From Gnetum montanum (taxonomy: Eukaryota > Plantae > Gnetophyta): a stretch of 64,000 nt of DNA. The notes under the pieces are model-generated. The model did no database searches and was not told the DNA's origin. It worked only from the letters and a program-made list of their open reading frames with translations. Positions within the stretch are counted from its first letter, which is position 1. Every line of letters begins with the position of its first letter. Where the stretch lies: the NCBI GenBank assembly GCA_015680685.1, contig MNCI01000614.1, positions 370,825-434,824 of the forward strand. The letters run 5' to 3'. Shown piece after piece: positions 25,684 to 39,900 of this stretch. The position numbers and the translations under genes were made by a program.

Positions 25684-28600
25684 TCACATCAAGAATTTAT
25701 TGGGGGCATCCAGAAAAGGAGGTGGTTGATCATCATCATCATTATCATCACTAGGGTTGCCAACATCACTTGATGCCCCCTGTGACACAACAACATACAA
25801 TCAATTAGTAATCGATAACCAAAACTATAACTTGAAATCAAAATTGAAAACATAAAAGCCATCAATATTGAAGGGAATCTAGCTCCATGAAATCCTAAGG
25901 AAGATGTTGAAGGCTAGTCTCCAAATAATGGAGAATCTAGTCTTTCATCATGTTGGCCTAGTTAACATCCCCAAAATTGATGCCATTGAGGATGTTTGTC
26001 CTATCCATGCTCATCCATGATGGTGACTTCCATGAGACTGTAGTCCTAGAGATCTTGTCTATATCTATAGTAACCTAAGGAGAAGGAAATTTGACTATTG
26101 AGAGAGTGCTTTCAAAGTGTTTGTAAGTGCTCTAGGCTTGAATTCCTTGAATGAATAGCTCCATCTTATACCGTTCAGTCATCTCTTTCTTCAGCAACTT
26201 CAAGTATGCCTCCCAATCAATCTTATAATGTCCCTTATGATCATTTTGTGCTCAAACCCACTTTAGGACCCAAGCACTATAATTCTTTTAGTCTTGGATA
26301 TTTCAAGAGATCAAATTCATATGAATTTTCTACTTGGCTAGCTACTTGGAAAGGACCACCTTATCATGGATGGTGCACTAGTAGCAGGCCCACATGATCT
26401 CTTTGGTTTGTGAGTTTTCCAAGTTATTCACTTAAGCCTCCACGAAGGCTTATGGTCCTCAAGATCCCTAATCCTCTTAGCTTGCCTTTTATTTTCCTTC
26501 CTCAAGGCTACAACTCTCTCCCATAGGGATTAATTAGACCTCTAAAACTCCCATGAAGCTTTTGCACATGAAATTGCAAGATCAGTGGAAATTTCATCTA
26601 ACTTTAGTGGGATATTTTGAGTGTCAGGAGGAAGCTTAGGCAAGGATTCAAACTCCATGTCTTGGGCTAGGTCCCATGGAATTGATGGCACTAAAAACAA
26701 CACGTATAACCATAAACACAATATACAATCTCAAATAGCCATAACATGAAATAAAACCATATCAAAATGACTAAGGCATAGTAAAACATAGCTCTTAATA
26801 ATCTCAAGTGCAACCTATTGTAGCTAATTGATGATGTACTTTTCTATCCCATGCATGAGTTCTATCTTGTCTAGGACCTCTACTCATGGCTTCATGTGAA
26901 ACATGGATGTAGAGGCCTTTGTTGGAGGCTTAAGTACTACAAAAAGCATAACAATCATCAAGAGGTTAGAACAAAAACTAAGCATAAAACCATAAGCTAT
27001 AATGAGTAGGTCTAATGCATAGGCATACCTAGATCCCCATCCTCATTAGGAATGATGAATATGGGCTTCTTAGGTAATGGCTTATTAAACAAGACATCTA
27101 GATCATCCATATCAACATTGGCTAATCCTTTAGCCTCATGTTTCTATGAGAGTGACTCCTTTTCACACATTTTTTCCGCTACTATAGTCACCAGAAAGCT
27201 TTGCTCCTCAACAACATGTCTAGGCTTCTCCTTTGCATGCCTCTACTATTCTTCTATAGTGGCAGCATAAGCTATCCTCTCTTGCCATTGATCTGTAATC
27301 ATAACCTATTAGATAAGTTAGCACATGTAACCATAAGAAATAGAACATAACATAGCTAAAACATTAAAAATATAGCTAAGCTTACTTGCAACTACTTGAT
27401 GTGACTACTTTGTCCTGAAGAGGATCTTCTACTTGGTAGATGACTATGATGATGGTAGTGCTTCCAATGTGGGCCATTTCAACTTGGACCTATTTGCCCC
27501 ATTAGCCTTGAAACATAACCATCAGGCTCTTGAGATGTTCATAGAAATTGTCAAGGGCTCCTCCCTCATGCTATTAGTGGATTAATACTACATAAAACTA
27601 AATCCTTTGGTGGTAATAGACAATGAATCTTATGATGGATTTTGGGCCTACATAGTTGGATAAAGATGCTTTTTCCAAGGCCTAGAGAGTTGGTTTGGTT
27701 CCTGGCATGTCCATTGTCTATTTCTACTCACCTCCAAAAATTTGCAAATATCGCTAGATAACTTGCAAAAATGCAAAATGCATATATATTATCATGGAGA
27801 TGTCTTCGTGGAGTTTGAGGATTTTCTCCTTGAGGCCTATAGCCAGGAAAGTAGCCTAGCTAAAGTGTGTGACCTTTAGCAAGAGCTTTTTGAAGGTTCA
27901 TCCCTATGTGATATTGATTCCCCTGCTAGTGCACCTACATTATGCTTGTCATTCTCACTATGTGTAGAAGACCTAGATAGAGGAACCCATGCTAGGTGTT
28001 ACCCTAATGCATATTGAGAAGCAAACTAAGAAATGACCAAGGTAATGTAGGGGGCATTCCCACTTCCATAGTTGCCTCAGGGGATTGACATGAAAGTCTA
28101 GGCATGTAAGGTGATTGTGTTTAACACAAACATGTAGGAGGAAGAAACAGCTTCAAGGTAGGGGCATCCTTAGTGATCCTTCAGTGATCAAAAGGGCTAA
28201 AGGGATTTTCCCATGAAGAGGGACTCCTGACTCTCAAACACGATCCCATTGAATGAGAAAACTCAAGGACTTATTCCCTATAGCTTCTAGTATTTCATAA
28301 GTCATGTCCATCTTGCCACACTGAAGGGTTAGAAAGCAATCTTGAATGAACATTGATCATGTTTGAGAATGAATATTAATCATGTCACACCTTTCATGTG
28401 CATGACAACAGTTTGGGAAAGGCATGGGATCCAAATAAAGGATAACATTCCTTTTCTTCATGATTCATGAAGCCATCTATGACAAGTCTAGAGTGGTCAT
28501 TGCTAGCACCAAGCCACTCCTCAACTTCCTTATGATGGTTGACCTCCTTCACTATTTACGCAGTAACCATTATCCCATTAGTGGAAACATTGAACAAGTT

Positions 28601-31445
28601 ACAAAAGGTTTACTCATTTATAGCAATGGTGATAAGTATGCCTCATATGCTGGTGGGAACACATTGGATCCTATGTTAAAGAAGTTAATGATGTTCAACA
28701 TCTATGTAGAATGAATGGAAGGGCTAGGCACATGAAGACATCAAAAAAACTAGCAAGTGTGATGTTTGTCTAAATGTCCTCAAATTCTTGCCCTCTCAAT
28801 CACTCATGTGTCAGTCCCACATCATTGAACTTCAGGATGAGAGTATTCATGGAGCATCTGGAGAGGGATATGATGACATCAGAAGGAATGGAAGGTCCTG
28901 CAAGCCAACGATAATCGCCTAGCATTAGTACAAGCATGTTTAGACCAAAAATAAAGACCATAGGACACTTAAGATCCAAATAGCCATAAAATATTAAGTA
29001 TAACATAGAAAACTATTCTTATTCTCATCTTTCTTCTTCTTGTTTAGTGGAGCTCACTTAGTGATTTTAGTGGTAATGCCTTTATCTCTGACACTCTTGG
29101 AAGTCACCCACCAACTACATGTTATTTTGGTAGCTACACACTTCTTGTAGATAGGGTTGAAGTTAGTGGTGTATCAAAATTCCTTCTCAACTATTCATAC
29201 ATGATAGTTGGGATATTGGGGCCAATGGTAAATACATTTAGGGTATTTTGGACCACCACCAAGGTTTGATCATTTATGATCAAGCTTGGATCATTGACCC
29301 TATACATTCAGGAAGTTCACAAAACCAACAAATTAGGATAGGTGACAAAGCTAGTAAAGTGAAAACATCAAAAACCTATAATAATCATGCTTACCATTGT
29401 AAGTAATACACACTCAGAGGATTCTAGAATAAGGTATGGACTCTATGCACTATCATTAGAGTATGATCAGCATTGTACTGAGAATAATCTAGCATCCTCC
29501 AAATGCTTGAAAGGTAACATGTGTCAATAGTGTGCTTTGTCTCCATCGACTGTCGCGTTGCTTGGGTTACTAGATCAATAGTTATGAACCTAGCAATCAT
29601 CCTCGTTGACCTAGGTAGTAGGGTCTTAACTATGATGATCATAACATCTGTGGACAAGTTTAACCACATCATTACACTGAAATTTTGCAAGATGTAGGCA
29701 AGGAATTTCCTTGCCCTTGGTCAGAACCACAATGAGCCCCTCTTCAAGACGATGTCATCCAAAGGGATGTTTGCCTTTGGTTGGCTAACACAACAGAGGA
29801 TGCTAACTAGCTTAGCCATGATGAGTATGGGCTTTAGCAAGGTCCTTCATGGAGAAACAAGAACACCATTAGAACCATGTCTCAACACTTAGAATTTTCT
29901 TATGAATTTTGTAGAACATCTTAGTTGGGGGTGAAATTAGCCCTTGTATAAAAATCTAAAGTGTTTGTTAAAATTAATTTAGAGATTCAACAACAACCAT
30001 GTTACAAATCCCATATCCATTAAAATCTATAGACAAAAAATCACAACATTATTATGCCTTAGCTCAAACCATGCATCAACATAGAAAAATCTTAAGAACC
30101 TAGACATAGCCATAGTAAAAAAATCACTAAAAATAGCAAAAAAATTCTTATCTTTTGTAAAATCAATTAGAGCATAGTTAATATCTTTGGAAATCCTCAA
30201 TAGCATGGGATGTTGACAAGAAAAATTCTTAAGCATGTCAATGCTGCCCATATCCAAGGGATAAAGCTAATACAACTAAAAATTAAGCATAATTGACATA
30301 GCCTTAGTTAACAATTCATTAAAAATACATCCTAGCTCCAATTTTAGTGATTCTAACATGGAAGAAATTATAAAATCAAAATTTTTTTATCCATAGCTAG
30401 TATAACCAAAAATTTACAACCATTATTACATGAGACATAGCCAAAATTATACAATTGTAGCAGTTACCATAAACCCTCTTTCACGTAGGGTTGGAAAAAA
30501 TTTGTCAAAAAGGTTTTCACACTCCAAATGGAGTGATTCCATGACCATTTGAATGCTTGAATTGATTCCTATGCATATGAATTTAGAAAAAAAATTCAAA
30601 ACCTTTGTCATTTTTCAAAAAGCAATTTGTGAACATTCATTAAAATCTGAAAAATGGCATAAGCCCTAATTGTGAAACCTAACTAAAATGGCCATACTTC
30701 ATCATCACAACTCCAAATTGACCTATATCACAACCATTAAAAACCTTAAACATAATACTAAAAGCCCATAATCTTAGATTTTTGCAATCCCAAGCCATTT
30801 ACATAATAAAAATTTATAACTTTGCTTAATTTTTTCACCAAAAAAGCATCAAATAACACAAATTTTGCAAACACTATTTTAAGTTAGCCTTGAATTAAAA
30901 CTAAAATAGTTAAAAAACCTTAAAAATATGTAAAATTCATCAAAAATTTTCATGGAAGTTTTTCAAATTTTAATTTTGAAAAATATTGTAGCCTAGATCC
31001 AACAAAAATGGCTCCACCCCCAAATTGATGAAAAAAGGACATGAAACAACAAACTTAATTTTAAAATCAAATCAACTAAAGCATAAATAACAAAATTAAC
31101 TTAGGTCTATTTAGAAACCATCAAAATAAAATGTAGTATTTTATTGAAATTTCATTTTATCAATTCCCTTAAGATAGAACTAAAAAAATGACTCCTACCT
31201 TAGCTACGAAAGAATAAAAGTGGCTAGAAGACTAAAGAAAATGGCCAGGAATGGCCTAACTTGGGGTGTTTGAAAGAATAAAAATGGCTTGGAGACTAAA
31301 GAAAATGGCTAGGAATGGCTTAACGTGGGATTTACATAGACAAATATTGGATAAAAGATAGCTTGGTTAGTTGTGATATGTTCTTGATAGCCTCATCTAC
31401 CTCTTGAATCCTTGGATTTTTGCTACTATCTCCATGTTGCTTCAT
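25684..31445 (-). pseudogene. Antisense multi-exon cargo gene of copy B (NIF/FCP1-like domain, transposon-associated domain, charged/coiled-coil C-terminus)
   Basis: Exon 1 MKQHGDSSKNPRIQEVDEAIKNISQL. Exon at about 29395-29887 reads WF*PRARKFLAYILQNFSVMMW..LSSIWRMLDYSQYNADHTLMIVHRVHTLF*NP. Last exon ASSDVGNPSDDNDDDDQPPPFLDAP. Coding blocks and introns are collinear with 44343-48865. Confidence 0.75.
31208..31329. repeat. 64-bp-period tandem duplication
   Basis: gaaagaataaaa.tggct...agactaaagaaaatggc.aggaatggc.taac at 31208 and 31272. Confidence 0.9.
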
Positions 31446-32069
31446 CTCTACTATAATAATGTTGAAAAGGCTATAAAATCTAAAGGTTTGAGCTAACTAT
31501 GCTAGCTAGGAAGCAAGTTTTGTGCTTCCACACTAAAGAATGGATGGTGTTTGCTACAAGAACCTTTATTAGATCTCTTCTCTAATTTGTAGTATTTGAA
31601 ATGAGAGTTATGTTGATTGTATGCAAGAAAATCAAACATAAAACCAAGATTATAATCTAAAAATTTCCACTTATGCCCCTATTACCAATTTTGTTCACTA
31701 GAACTCAAGTTACACTGAAGTGCAAAGCATAAAATGTATTCTCTACAATGGGAATGATGGAAAATAAAATACAAAGTTCACATTTTTGAATTTTTGGTAG
31801 TAGGCCCCATATTATGCTCCCATGCATGGTGTTCCAAGCTAAGAAACTCCATCAATTCTTGGGTTTTTGACCCTTTTTTATATCTAAGATTATTACACAA
31901 CACATCCACCCTTGTATCCATGGTAGGCATCATGGAGCAAACATGGATACTAGCCTCCATTACCTCACAACGCTCCCACATTGGTCCACTTGCTATTTTT
32001 AGCACTAATGACCTACCTTGCCAAGCCCCATACTCTTGAAGGGAATTAGATCTTTATAAAACTTGATAT

Positions 32070-34175
32070 TGGGCATCCATGCTAGGGAAACCCTACCTAA
32101 CATGACGTCTTGTATGGAGAAAAGGGGATAAGACCCATACTTATTCCCCAATGCCCATCAAGCCTAGATCTTACCCCTAAGGTGGGCCCACATGACATAG
32201 AACCCTTCTAAGCACCTCTATCATCCTTGAAACCTAATCAAACCCAGTTGAAAGTGCTAAAAAATTTTGAATTTAGTTAATTGATGCTAAGGGGGGCTTC
32301 CTCCATGTTGGTCAAAATGGAGCCATAGTGGATAAATGATGGATGACCTAAAATAGCGAAAATCAACCAACTAATTTCCATATTGTTAGTTTTGGATAAC
32401 CTATATTTGCCAAAAATAACTCTATTTTTCACATCTAAACCCATCTCCATGCTGGTTGAACCCCCTCTCCTCTAAATTGCCCAATGTGAGGAAATTTTGG
32501 AAGCCTAGGGAGTGTGACATAAAACCATTATCCAAGTCTCAAATTGCCATAGATTTCACTTTGACAGTCCTGGTGCCCCTCCATGACCTTTGATAGTCAA
32601 TAGTTATTGGAACTTGAGTCAATTTTCACTTTTGAAACCTTCTCCATGATGGTGAACCCTCCTACACATTGCCTAGCATGGAGACAACATGATAGCTCAA
32701 AGGTTATGTAGTAAAACCTAGTTTACAACCAAAAATAGCCCCACAACCTACCCTACTAACTTCTAGACCATACAGGAGATTACCAAAGCCTTCAGACATC
32801 TTGAAACTAATCAAACATGGTAAAAAGGCTATTTCCTCCTTTCATCCACATGGGGCCACCCTACCTACTATGGAGAAAAGGGAAGATGATTGCATGAACA
32901 ACTATGAGCCTTCAAACTAATGAACATCAATGCCAAATCTTAACACTTAATCCTCTATAGTCTTGGTGGCTTCAAAGGCCTATCAAACCCTATCAAAAGT
33001 GGCTTAAAACTTGAATATAAGTTCATACATGTTGGGGAAGATCCTCTTCTATGGTGGTCAGTGCGGAGCTAGAGTGGATGGAAGCATTGGAGGGGGAGGG
33101 GTGAGGAGGAGGATAACCAAAATATCCAAGATCAACACTAAAATTAACTTTTGTTGAAAACCCAACATTCTCGAAGGTTCTGACAACTAAAACATGACAA
33201 AAATCATCTTATTTTAGGATCTTTCTAGATTTCATGTTGAGAAACAACATGGATGTAGCTAGTAAGGTTTCTAGAAGATCATAGATACATCAAAATAATG
33301 CTAAATTACTATATGCCTATCCTACAATCCTATCAACACTCCTGGAAGCCACCATATTGCCTGAAAATGATTAGAAATTGCAAAAATCTAACCTCCTAAG
33401 GTCCTCCACATTTGCCAACATGGAAATAGCATGATAAAAGAGGGGCAAGCCTAAAAATCAATTAAAAACTCTCAAAATTACAAAATTTTAACCCTATGCT
33501 TCAACCATCACCATCAATAACCCTAGAGATGTGCATGCATAATCAAAATTGATAAAAAATAATCAAATCCTAACTCTTTTAATCTTCCATGCTAGCTAGT
33601 GTGGAATCAAGGGGATAGCTTACAAAACCACTTAGAAACCATCCAAACTACCTAATTTTGATTCTAAACCCTATCCCTCAACACTGAAAATCTTGGGAGC
33701 TAACATGCATGGTCAATTACTACCAAAAATGGCCTACATCTAAAACTTATGATCTATCCATGTTGGGAACCCCCTCTTCGATGTTGGCCAACGTTGAGCT
33801 AGTGTGGTTGAGTTGCCTATCTCCCTTTAATAGTAGATCGACACTCCAAAAGACTGGAAACCTACACTAGTAAGGCCTAAGACCTCATAGCCTCAAGTTT
33901 ATACTTGTTATATCTTATGTTAATCTTTGAATCTCATCAACTCACATCCTTCATGTTGTAAAAATCTCCCCATCATGGATCAAATGGGGAATAACCTTGC
34001 ATGACCTTAAAAAACCCCTAAACATAGAATAAATTAGCTAAAAGCTTCAGAAATCATAGCTTACAACCCTTGGAGCCTAGAAACTTGGTTGATTTCATCC
34101 CTAGATTAGTCTAAGATTAAAAAGCAAGGGCACTCCCTCTCCTCCATGTTGGCCAACATGCATATAGCATTGAGA
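32070..34175. repeat. Spaced array of inverted-motif clusters (CTCCATGYTGG / CYARCATGGAG) in copy B
   Basis: About 12 clusters near 32080, 32300, 32450, 32645, 32845, 33030, 33235, 33410, 33590, 33760, 33950 and 34145. Confidence 0.7.
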
Positions 34176-34297
34176 ATATTCCAAACTTGTTTTAACACTC
34201 AAAGCCCTACCAAAATGGTCGTAAAGCCTAGTTAGGTGATACAAAACTACTAGATCTTGATTCCAAATGCCTATTCAATCTTGTTTGACCTTGTTTT

Positions 34298-35834
34298 TGT
34301 TGGTGTCGGAAATTTTGATTGCTAAAATAGGAACCAAAAGATCCAAGCACTAGAATAGTTTTAATCTTGAATCCCAAGGGTCTTCAAGAAATGGGATTTA
34401 GGGTACCTTGGATGGTCTTGCTGATCACCTATGAACTTACTAAATGTAAAGAAAAATGGCAAATGAAAATGTAAAAGTAGACCTAGATGAAATTAGAAAT
34501 GAAGGAAAAAATGAAAACATAAACATAAAAAAAAATGAACTTGCAATTATAGATCCAAAAATGAAGAAAAAGAAAGTGTAGAAGTAGAAACATGAACAAA
34601 AACTTGCACAACATGAATAATAACTTTATTAAAAAATAAAGAATAATGTTCATGAAGTATAGATTTTGTGCCAAAGGTACTAGGAGTTGGTGATAAGAGC
34701 TTGAAGTCTATTGGAGAGGGTAGGTTGTGTTATATTGCAACTTCATAATCTAGTTTCTTACCAACTCTAGTTTCTAGCAATTTTCCATTAGTTTCTACTA
34801 GGATCTGCAACGTTGTTACAGAAATGAGTTTTTTCTCTTAGTGTAATGGTAGCCATGTGGGAGTCTCTGTGCCTAGCTTAGTGCCACTTTTTGCTACCAA
34901 ACACTAGAAATAATGCTATAAATGGGTTTTATGAGTTGTGAAAATGCAAAAATTATTGTTATGAGTGTAAAGTTCGAAATTTCTACCAAGGATTGAAAGA
35001 ATGCCAAAGTGCTCGTAATGAAAAGGTGTTGGAACCTAAAAATGGTGTTGATGTTGGGTATTTATAGGATTAGTGTGGCTATTTTTCGGGTTGTACATCA
35101 CTACAATGATTGCTGATAGATTGGTGTCAATGTGTGGGTTCAAACAATCATCTACTTTAATGGTAGTTACCATTTATAATAAGGCTGCTATGAACTATAA
35201 CCAAAAAAATAATCTATTTATAAATAGTAAATAGACTTTTGTGACTATACTAGCACCATCCTTACTACACTATCCTTCATGGACTATTATGAGGTTGTTG
35301 GAAAGTAGCAAAAGTGATGGAAAATGTGCAAAAAGTTGGAATCTATGAAAATGGTGGAATTCGTTAAAAAGTATCATGTCTAGTGGAGAATGTTGTTTAT
35401 CCTAGCCATTGTTGACTTGGGATAACTACACTAGCTATTGTTGGAAAAATGGAAATTTCAATAACTCCAATGTTGCACTTATGCCTAGGTCTTGGTGGTG
35501 ACTACACTAGCTATTGTAGTACCACTATCTACTATAAGTACTATTCCTACTATAGCTACTATGTCTACTAAAAATGGCTCTAGCGTAGTTGGGGCTATAC
35601 CCCTAAAAAATCAATGAAAATTCCAATTTTAGCCATTCCCAAGGTTTTTTCAGCATTCCCAAGCCTAGATATACACATGATGTATCTTTTTCTATGTGGG
35701 AAGTAAGGTAATAATAGGTTTTGAGGCATTTTTTACCTCAGAAAGTTGAAGTATGAAAGATTGTAGCTCATGGACTAAATATCTCACATTTACAATGAAT
35801 CCTTGCCTCAAGTCAAGAAATTAAGGTTACAACA
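34298..35834 (-). repeat. 3' LTR of Tat copy C
   Basis: Intact inverted termini TGTTG/CAACA; reverse-complement homolog of LTRs A and B. Confidence 0.88.
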
Positions 35835-36794
35835 TGATTTTTTTGTGATTTTTCATTTGACCTTCATTGTTGATGTCTAGAGGATTAACCAAAGAGACAT
35901 CAACGAAGAATATAAAACACCACTACATGTCCATCACTAATGTTCCCTCTTCATGCTTGATCCAGTAGTGTCAAATCATGACCAAGAGTGCTTGTGATGA
36001 TGGGGGAAGGTTATGATAGTGAAATGATAGTAAGGTCATAAGGACATGGCCATGAAGGTTAACAATGCATCCCAATTGTTAACAACATGGCTATGGTATG
36101 GCATGGACATATTGATCTATCCATTTGGATTGTATGGTTCTCTCAACATATGCGTTTGAGGAACCAACACCTCACTTCAAGGTTAGTTCAGCCATTAGGC
36201 TCCTCCCTTTGTATGTTTGGAGGCATTGATCTATCCTTTAAGCTTCGTTAACCACTTGACTTCTTAGCAGTTTGCTTTCTCATTTCTTTTTCTAGGGTGA
36301 AACCTTCAATGGGTTTCTTTTCCAAAGCTGAATTTGATTTGGTTTTCCCATTGAGTGAGTTTTGTTACACTTGATGGAATAGATGGTTTTCCATTGAATG
36401 AAGTGCATTACATTCAATGGGCTTGATGGTGAAGCACAAGGTAAGAATGTCATATGGCCATAGAGCATGAATGTCAAATGTTAGTCAACATTATCATCCA
36501 AGGTAAGAAAGGTTATAATCAGGCTATGGGGTTGGGCTCAAGGAAATTGTAATAGAAAAAATATAAAACTATCACTCTTGACATGGTGGGAAAAACTCAT
36601 CGAATCTTTCACATCAAGGTCACGTTATGACTTACTACTATGATGAGTTGCACGTACAATGACTCCACGCTTCATCTTATAAGCACAACTCCAAGATGAC
36701 AAGAGAATGAAACAACAAAAGTTATGTTATTATAATGAAATACATAAGGCCACATAGAATAGTCAATAGATCTGATCATCAAAGGTTGCAAATG

Positions 36795-36872
36795 TTGCTA
36801 GTTTAAGGCCTTGGTAGGCCAGTGATGCTAGTTTAAGGCCTTGGTAGATAGTGTTGCTAGTTTAATGCTTTG
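36795..36872 (-). repeat. Three units of about 30 bp (TGCTAGTTTAAGGCCTTGGTAG) downstream of integrase
   Basis: Directly visible; reverse complement of the unit at 25170-25310. Confidence 0.85.
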
Positions 36873-36913
36873 GAATTCCATGGAAAGCAAGCTCAATTGT
36901 TGATTATTGTTAG

Positions 36914-39900
36914 CTACCTGTAGTATGATTTTAGATAGGAATGATTGATTGAATTTCCCAACTCATATCCATCCACATTTGCTATCTAGTAGGCCCCATT
37001 GCTATAGGCTTTGGTGATCAAGAAAGGCCCTTACTAATTGGCTGAGAATTTGTTTGCATGCTCATGGATAAACTTAAGAACAAGGTACCCTTCCTTGATC
37101 TTGCATTTTCCAAGGTTATGGTGATGTTGCTACTTTTTCCTATTATAGTAGCACTTGGTGTGAGCAAGCATTCACACATGCTGCTTTGCATTGAGTCTAG
37201 GTCCATGGTATGCAACTCCTTATTTTGTTTGTCATTGATAAAATTAGATAGGGTCATGACATCAAATATAATGATAACATTGGGAAAACCCCATTGAGTG
37301 AGTAATGATACCTACAATTAAAGAGGTAAAACTACTTCATTACCATAAATAAGAATATATTTGGTTATGCATATTGTAGCATGGTATGTGGTTTTGTAGG
37401 CCCAAAGTGCATGGCCAAACTGCTCATGCCACATGTGTTTACTATTGTTCAATATTTTCTTGAGCAAGTTGATGATGGCCTTATTTCTTACTTCAACTTA
37501 TCCATTGGCTTAAGGGTAATAAGGTGATGAGAAATAGTGGTTAATGCCTAGGTCATGACAGAAATTTTCTACTTCTTGGCTACTAAATTGTGGTTCATTT
37601 TCTGTGCCTATGGTCATAGGTATGCCAGTATGGGCTACTATGTTGTCAAGAATGAATCTATAGACTTTTTAAGATATCATTTTCCTTAGGGGAATAGTCT
37701 CAACCCACTTGGTAAAGTATTTGGTTGGGATGATGATGAAGATATTCCCTATGGAAGACTTAGGCATTATAGGTCCAATGATATCCAACCCCGATCATTG
37801 AAATGGCCAATTTTTCTGAGTGGTGTGTAACTTAGTTGGTGGTACAAGTATGAGATTATTATGTCATTGACATGTATCTCAAATTTTGACCTTTTTTAGG
37901 TAGTAATTTTCAATATAAGGCCAATAATAACCTAACCATCTAATTTTAGTAGCCATGGATTTAGATCCTATATGTCCTCTACACACACCCTCGTGAACTT
38001 GCTCTAAGACTCTTCTAGATTTAGTTTTACCTAAGCACACTAATAATACATCATCATAGGACCATCGACATAATGTGTTATTGCCTAATATGACATACTA
38101 TTTTGATTATTTATGTACATCATTCTTTTGAACAACAGTCAAGTCTTATGGAGGTTCTTCATGCATAAGGTAAAACTTGACATCATCATACCACTCCTTT
38201 ATAGGAGCAATATGAACTATGGCCACAAAGTTATCCTTAGTATTCTGCATGATGGGAAGAGCATAGTCCCTAATCAATGTTGACAACTTACTAAACACAT
38301 CTAGCATCACATTGAGGGCTAGCATTGTGATAACATCAACTATAGAATTTTTGTTTTGGGGTATATGTTGGATATCAACATTTGTAAATTGTTGTAATGG
38401 TTTCTTTCCAAAGTCATAGTAAGATTGTAAATATTTGGCTTTACAAATGTAAACCTCAATTACTTAGTTTAACATAAGTTTTGAATCACCTTTAATCATT
38501 AATCGTTTAATTCTTAGGTCACAAGCTATCATCATTTCCCCAATTAAACCCTCATAATTTACTATGTTTTTAGTGCATGGGAACTCAAGATGATAAGCAA
38601 ATGATTGGATTTCACTAGACAAGAAGGTAATAATGGCAACAAAACTATTCCCATGCAAAGTTGAAGCTCCATAAAAGTACATGTCTACCTTATAACCATT
38701 AGGTACTTGGCTAATGGTTTTAACATGTTCATCCAAAAACTCAAGGTCGATGATTGCATGGTCATCAATAGGTGAAATAATATGTTGTATAGCTATAGCT
38801 TGATCCTTTGTTGAGGATTGAGAGATGTAGTAAAGGTCAAACTCCACTGTTATGGGTTTTCATTAGGCTCTATGGCCACTTTCATAGATGTTGGTTATGG
38901 CTCTAAGTATATTATCCTTGAAAATGACATTAGCTTGGCTTTTGAAGAGGTAGTGTCTCCACTTTTTCAATGAGAGGACTAGTGCTAGATAATACTTCTC
39001 TAGTTTATTTTATTGAGTCTCATGGGTAACTAATGTAAGGATAAGGTAGTATATTGGCATATCTACTCCATCATCCCATTTTTGATAGAGTAGAGAGGTA
39101 ATAGATGTGTCAAAGATAGTAAGGTAGATATAAAATGGTTTACCTTCTTGTGGAGGATAGATTGTTAATGGTTGTGCTAACTCTTTCTTAAGGTTTTCAA
39201 AGGCTTCATGGCATTGAGCCATTCACTCATAATGAACTCCTTTCTTAAGAAAGTATTGCATGGCTTGTAACTTATCCATAAGGCTAGTGATGAACCTATG
39301 AATAAATTACAATCTACCTTACAATCCCTAAAGCTCCTCGAGGTTAGTGGGTGCTACCTATTTGGATATCATCTTAACCTTTAAGGATTGATGCATATCC
39401 CTACTTCAAACACTACAAAGTTTAGCATCTTATTGGTCTTGATACTAAAAAAATCTTGGGATTAAGCCTAAGTTCATACTTAAGGCATTATTTAAGAACA
39501 AGATCTAGGTCATTAGCATGATTTTTGGCCACTTTGGACTTAATGGTTGTACTGTCTATGTAATCATTGAGTAAACCTAGCATGTAATCACTAAATATAC
39601 ACATCATAGCCCTTTTATAGGTTTCTCCTACATTCTTAAGACCAAAAGGCATATTGGTATAGTAAAAAATACCTCAATGCATCATGAGAAATCATCTATA
39701 AAGGATAACAAGGCATGTCTGGCTGTAGTATTGATAATTTAATCAATACTAGGCAAAGTAAATTCATCCTTGATGGTTGCCTTATTTAGGTCTCAAAAAT
39801 CTATGAAAATGCAAATACTCCCATTTTTCTTAGGGACTACCATAATGTTAGATACCCATTATGTGTAATCAATGGATCTAATGAAACCAACTTAGTATAG

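Larger units (their letters stand above)
19041..34297 (+). mobile_element. Tat-lineage element, copy B (LTR, gag-protease, antisense gene, motif array; interrupted by copy C before pol)
   Basis: LTR 19041-20512, Asn PBS and gag-protease; collinear with A and C. Confidence 0.88.

Noticed and set aside
36000-36700. Possible extra ORF in the Tat 3' UTR
   Set aside because: Only a 61-aa ORF with no recognisable motif, and no second copy in the window to compare.
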